Shown: positions 59,520 through 64,000 of the stretch, one piece after another
How positions within the stretch are numbered: the stretch's first letter is position 1
How the letters are laid out: each line of letters begins with the position of its first letter
Source: an uncultured virus (IMG/VR IMGVR_UViG_3300045284_000132)
Lineage: Duplodnaviria > Heunggongvirae > Uroviricota > Caudoviricetes
IMG/VR virus record: IMGVR_UViG_3300045284_000132
Length of the DNA stretch: 64,000 nt
Direction: 5' to 3' (one strand)
Translations under genes and position numbers: made by a program
Notes under the pieces: model-generated
Databases searched by the model: none
The model's input: only the letters and a program-made list of their open reading frames with translations
What the model was told of the DNA's origin: nothing

Positions 59520-60681
59520 CATGCGCGCCATACTTATTGATCCCAAGCTGCGTCGCATCATCGATGTCGAGTTGCCCGACAAGGACCCGGCCATGCTCTA
59601 TGACATGCGTCGCCTGATCGGCTGCAAGAACATGGATCACACGACGATCAGCGACAAGCACGATACGATTTGGGTTGCTGATGACGGGCTGCAACAAGCG
59701 AGATGCTGGGCATTCAAGATCAGAACTTCAGATCCGTTTGCTGGCACTGCAATCATCATCGGTGCCGATCGTCACGGCAACACGCGCCCGCCGCACGTGC
59801 CGATCGAGTGGCTTGAAAACGATGTGACATGGCTTGATTTGATAGAACCGGAAATTCATTGGGAGGAAGTGCCGTTGACGCTGCCCAACGGTGCAGTAAT
59901 AACGCGCGTGCGCAGCTTCGTCACCTACCGCCGTGCACGATGATCGATCCCAACGATCACGAATGCTACGATGGGCGCTCTCCTGAGCCGCAGCGCGCAC
60001 GAAACAAGGACATGATCAGACACGTCAGTGTGGATTCGATCATGCGCGAGGTCGATGATGCGATCGATGAGCGCGCGGTGTCGCGCGATGACGCGATGAA
60101 ATTTCTACAATCGATGCTGCTGCAGATCGAGTTGCGCATGGGCTGGGTGCGAGACGCCATCAGAGAGCAACACAAATGAAACCGACGCTGCCGTTTCAAG
60201 CGGAGCACGAACAAAATATTCGCGACTATGCTGCGACGCTGACGACGATTCAGCTTGCGCAGGAAATTAAATTCAGAGTGAACCGTGCAATCGCCATCAA
60301 CAACAGCGGAGCTTTTCGAGTTGCCAGTTTACTGATGATCGAATTCGAGACACGCGCCGACGCTGATCAAAGCACTCGCAAGAAAATCCGCAAGATGCGC
60401 ACGATGATCGACTTCGCGATTCGGGAAACCCATAAATGACCTGTGGATTTTGCCAGCGCATGCGCCGTCTGCCGCGCGCCCTGATCGAGCGGATCGTCGC
60501 CGCGCAGACGAAAGCTAAACCATTCGCTGTCAGCTTGCATCATGCAGACGGCAGACCCTTGACGGCTGGCGAGTTACGACCGGGGCAGACTGTCAGATTC
60601 GATCCGGCGACCGGCTTAGTGGAGGTAGAAAATCACCACGAACAGCCGATCAGCGCGAGCCCTAAGAGAATCAGCAGGTAG
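59509..60681 (+). other. Four coupled hypothetical genes (59509-59943, about 59940-60179, 60176-60439, 60436-60681)
   Basis: ATGA overlaps. Confidence 0.6.
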
Positions 60682-60833
60682 TTGACGAGGTGATCCATGA
60701 AGCCGCTGCATCAGTGGTCGCCTAGCTTGATCATAGCCTTCGGCGTGGCGATCGGCATCTCCTTGCTGATCGCGGGTATGGTCTTCGGCTGGCTGGTGAT
60801 TCATCTGCTACGAACCGGGGCGCTGCCGATGCC

Positions 60834-61610
60834 CTAGAATCGATAGCTTGCCCCGATGCGGATCACGGAAATTGCCAAGCGATCCCATGCGAACACGACC
60901 GGCGTTGATGTTACGGCAGGCGACAGCGGTGCTGATGCTGTAGTCCCGTTGAAGCTGTAGAACAGATATTCGGCACGCAGCAGCCATTGCGGCGACCACA
61001 TATATTCCGCGCCCGCGCCAGCAACCCAGCCCGATCGCACTGAGCTAAAAGAAGTGGCAGCAGTCACGGAGGGTGACGCTTGTACGGTTGCGCTGCCACT
61101 GTAGTTGACATCGGCCCACGCTGCACCGCCTGTGCCGTACAGCAAGATCGTCGGCGTCCAAAGATAGCCGACGCGCCCGCGAATGCTCGCAAGCCAATCG
61201 ACGTTCTGACTCATGCTCGCGCTCGAACCGGGCAGCGTCAGCGGCGCTGTCGATTGATCAGACGAGAACGTCGCGCCATCGAAGTCGCCCTCGATGCCAA
61301 CGAGCCAGCGCGGCAGGAATTGATAATTGTATCCGGCTTGCACGCCGCCGATGAATCCCGCGCCACTCCCGCCGCTCAGACCAAACAACGGATCGGGCGT
61401 ATATTTCTTTTTGGCGATCGGGATCGACGGCACATCGGCCGAACCGCCCGGATTGAACCAGCCGCCACCGAGATTGCCGCCGACATAGGGGCCAGTCCAC
61501 GTGATCGGCGGCGGTATATAGATCGGCGCTGCCTTGATCGGCATATCGGCAGAGTAGGCGGCGGTGCCAAGCGCAAGCACAAGCCCGCCCGCGATTGCGG
61601 CGCGCATCAT
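60834..61610 (-). CDS. Outer-membrane beta-barrel protein (Omp25/Omp31/RopB-like)
   Basis: Signal peptide AYSA|ADMPIKA, WTGPYVGGNLGG, GGVQAGYNYQ, SIRGRVGY, LLRAEYL, terminal YRF. Confidence 0.92.
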   Translation of the reverse strand: MMRAAIAGGLVLALGTAAYSADMPIKAAPIYIPPPITWTGPYVGGNLGGGWFNPGGSADVPSIPIAKKKYTPDPLFGLSGGSGAGFIGGVQAGYNYQFLPRWLVGIEGDFDGATFSSDQSTAPLTLPGSSASMSQNVDWLASIRGRVGYLWTPTILLYGTGGAAWADVNYSGSATVQASPSVTAATSFSSVRSGWVAGAGAEYMWSPQWLLRAEYLFYSFNGTTASAPLSPAVTSTPVVFAWDRLAISVIRIGASYRF

Positions 61611-62156
61611 GGTCGTGTTCCCTAGATTTGAGAGAGAGGTCAGCGGCGATGGTGATACAGCAAAACGGTTCCGCCAACCAGCCGGTCACGGCAAATTTGC
61701 AATACCTGTGGCAGATGCGACACGCGAGACCCTCGCCAGTCGCCAGCGGAGCCGCGCCCATTGAGTTTCGAGCGTCGAGCCTAGTCGGATGGCCCGGACG
61801 AACTCTAGCGCTTCCTTGACCGACTGTGGGGATCGCCCCGTCAGCGTGCCGTCAAAGGGGTGAGGGTTGAGCGGCACGCTTGGATTGCAGGGATGGGGGC
61901 ATTCCAGCAATCCGCGTCATCGGTCGGTTAGACAACAGGGGGCGGGTCGATGACGCTGACGGAATGATCACAGGATACACGGACTGCAGGCGGGCGGAAG
62001 TGAACGAAAGTATAACTTGAAAAGAAATTTGGGGAGAAAGCGTCGTCGCCGTAACTCCTGATCGGACAGGACGACCGACGACGACGCCCCTTCGGGACTG
62101 CGAGCCCGCACGTGGCTTGCGTTGGCACGTGCAGGGGCGACTTACGCCCGAAGTTC

Positions 62157-63831
62157 TTACAGCTTAGGTTCCCACTTCAGCTTCGCGCGGTAGTCTGCGG
62201 CAATGCTCTCCATGATGGCAATCTCACGATCGGCTTTTGACTGTGACATCGTCCCATTGGCGACGCTTCGCGGGTAGACTCGCCGACGATAGCCAAGCTC
62301 GCGTTCGATGCAATCGAGCTTCGTTTGATCCGAGATGCTGTCGGGCAGATCAGGAAATAGCGCGATCATTGTCCCAACCAAAATGGTCGTGCCAGTGCGA
62401 TCAGTGCGAGAATCACATTGAGTCCAAGAATGCACAAGATCGCTCGCATGTATTTCACGCGATTATCGGTTGCGCTTTTTTGTTCGAATGTTTCCTTTAT
62501 CGCCTTCCTCATCCTCCCATTCTCCCTGAAAGAATTCAGGCGCCATTGGTTCTGGTCGCCCGCTCGAAAGATATTCGCCGTTTGGTCCGTGCCTCACGTG
62601 AATCGCTCTCGCTTTTATTTTGCCGCTGGCGAGTTGTTTCAGCAAAAATCGTTTTGCTGCGCGACGTGACATGCCTCGCTCGATACACTGTTGGAGCGCG
62701 TCAGCGAGTAAGATATAGCCATCGTTATCTGACATGATCGCCATCCCTCTCCTGCTCACAATATCGTCCGAAGTCCCTGCATTGTTGCTCGCGCGCTTTT
62801 GATAATATTGATGGCGGCGGCGGCGGCGGATGCGCAAGCTCGCCACGATGCTCGCGAGTGTACTCACCGCTGCAGGCTAGCGTCAGCACCATGATCAACA
62901 ACAGCATCACTGCCAGCGCCGCGATACAGAACGCCTTTTGAATGTTGAGGCTCATCATTCGCAGTCCGGGCAAAAATGCAGCCATTCATCGCTGAGCTTG
63001 CCTAGCGCTTTGCGCGCCTTCCAATGCTGACGATGCAAGATGTTCTGAGCGGATTCGAAACTTGACGTTTCGGTTTCCAGCACTTCGCCGCATCCGTCAC
63101 ATTCGAATACAATGTTGTTATGATCGCGCGTCATCATGTTTGCGTGCCCTCTGATGTCGGAGGTGGTTCGTCAAGCTCAGCGCGATAGGCTGCACACAAA
63201 TCGGCTTGCGCCTGCGCCACGGCTTTCTTTTCGGCGTCGCCGCGCTCGCGCGCCCACTTGTTCAACGCCTTGGCAAGATCGCGGGCAACTGCTGCTATAC
63301 TGGCATCGCTCATATTATTTGTCTTTGTCTAGGAAAGTAACTCGCGTTGCCAAGGTGATTTTTCCCTTGCGCACGTGCCGCACAATCGTGCGCGGTTTAT
63401 GATCCGGGTTTTCCTCGACCTTTTGATGACGAGTCCACGGGGATCGGAAACTAAACTGGTTGTCGCGCTCGATCAGCGCCTTGGTTAGTTTCCAATTTAT
63501 CGGTTTGCTCATCAGATCATGCGTCCATCGCCCACATTCTCAGCGAATATTTTTTGATCACGTCGCCGATCGTGCTGCTTTTCTGCCGCAAAGTTGTCTG
63601 CGTGTTGGAGTGCTCAACAAGAATGGATGCGATCAAGCGACACATAATCACCAGCGCATTCTCTGTCGTGATGTTCTGATGTTTGAACCAAGCAACAAGT
63701 GCTGAAGTCGCATCGTTAATCTCAGTGTTATAACTGCTGTCCATGATGTTTGAATTCCCGAGTCGTCGCCGCAGAATTCGTCTATCATGAATAGTTGCCG
63801 CCGTCCGATACTCACAAAGCGCTTTGCTCAT
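62157..63831 (-). other. Cluster of short hypothetical genes (e.g. 62157-62369, 62463-62735, 62955-63137 with CDGC/CPDC, 63315-63512, 63517-63831)
   Basis: Same-strand tiling; DCIERELGYRRRVYP and Zn-finger motifs typical of phage small ORFs. Confidence 0.6.
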
Positions 63832-64000
63832 TTGTCCACATGAATGAGCAACGTTCGGACGGCGGCACTTCCCCTCTCGGGAACGCGCTCAGAACATTTC
63901 GTGCAATTCCGCCAGCATCTTGTGACATGCGGCAAGCTGACGCTCGGTCGCGTCGAACGTGCTCGGCATTCCCTGCGGCTCTTTCGCAGTTTCCAGTTTG

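Larger units (their letters stand above)
1..64000. mobile_element. Temperate tailed phage genome (partial), lambda-like head/packaging plus Mu-like contractile tail; likely alphaproteobacterial host
   Basis: Integrase, terminase, portal, capsid, sheath/tube, baseplate and lysins in canonical order; no host housekeeping genes; Bradyrhizobium-type Omp and integrase sequence styles. Confidence 0.95.

Noticed and set aside
1..64000. tRNA/rRNA genes; apparent excess of CGATCG/GATC
   Set aside because: No cloverleaf or rRNA recognised by eye (tRNAscan not run); word frequencies were not counted, and GATC richness is common in alphaproteobacterial DNA.

Overview
The whole window is phage DNA with no host housekeeping genes. 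It looks like a temperate, probably Hyphomicrobiales (Bradyrhizobium-like) tailed phage with a lambda-type head and packaging module and a Mu-type contractile tail. Gene order: tyrosine integrase; Cro/YdaS-like HTH; two ParB-like genes; about 20 small coupled early ORFs; AAA_25 (RepA-like) helicase, CoiA-like nuclease and an iteron/palindrome origin candidate; a GTTGTTGAT array with a lambda cosQ-like site; ParB-like, ABC-ATPase/GNAT and a stand-alone SucC C-terminal domain; an oppositely oriented 7.3-kb accessory region; terS/terL, portal, ClpP-capsid fusion, tail, baseplate and fibres; two lysins; an outer-membrane beta-barrel gene; more small ORFs. The main discovery is in the minus-strand region at 17.6-25.0 kb. 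Seven genes there are preceded by the same leader core: a hairpin with a CUUGCA loop followed by a GGAGCCUA ribosome-binding site. Six of these leaders also carry a long RNase III-like stem and an alternative hairpin. Within the region, on the opposite strand, lies a predicted ~130-nt small RNA (about 19011-19140) with its own promoter and terminator. It carries the exact complements of both conserved leader motifs (UAGGCUCCU and AUGCAAGU) in antiparallel order. This suggests a one-RNA, many-target antisense control system for a phage gene block. Protein family calls come from motif recognition by eye, not database searches.
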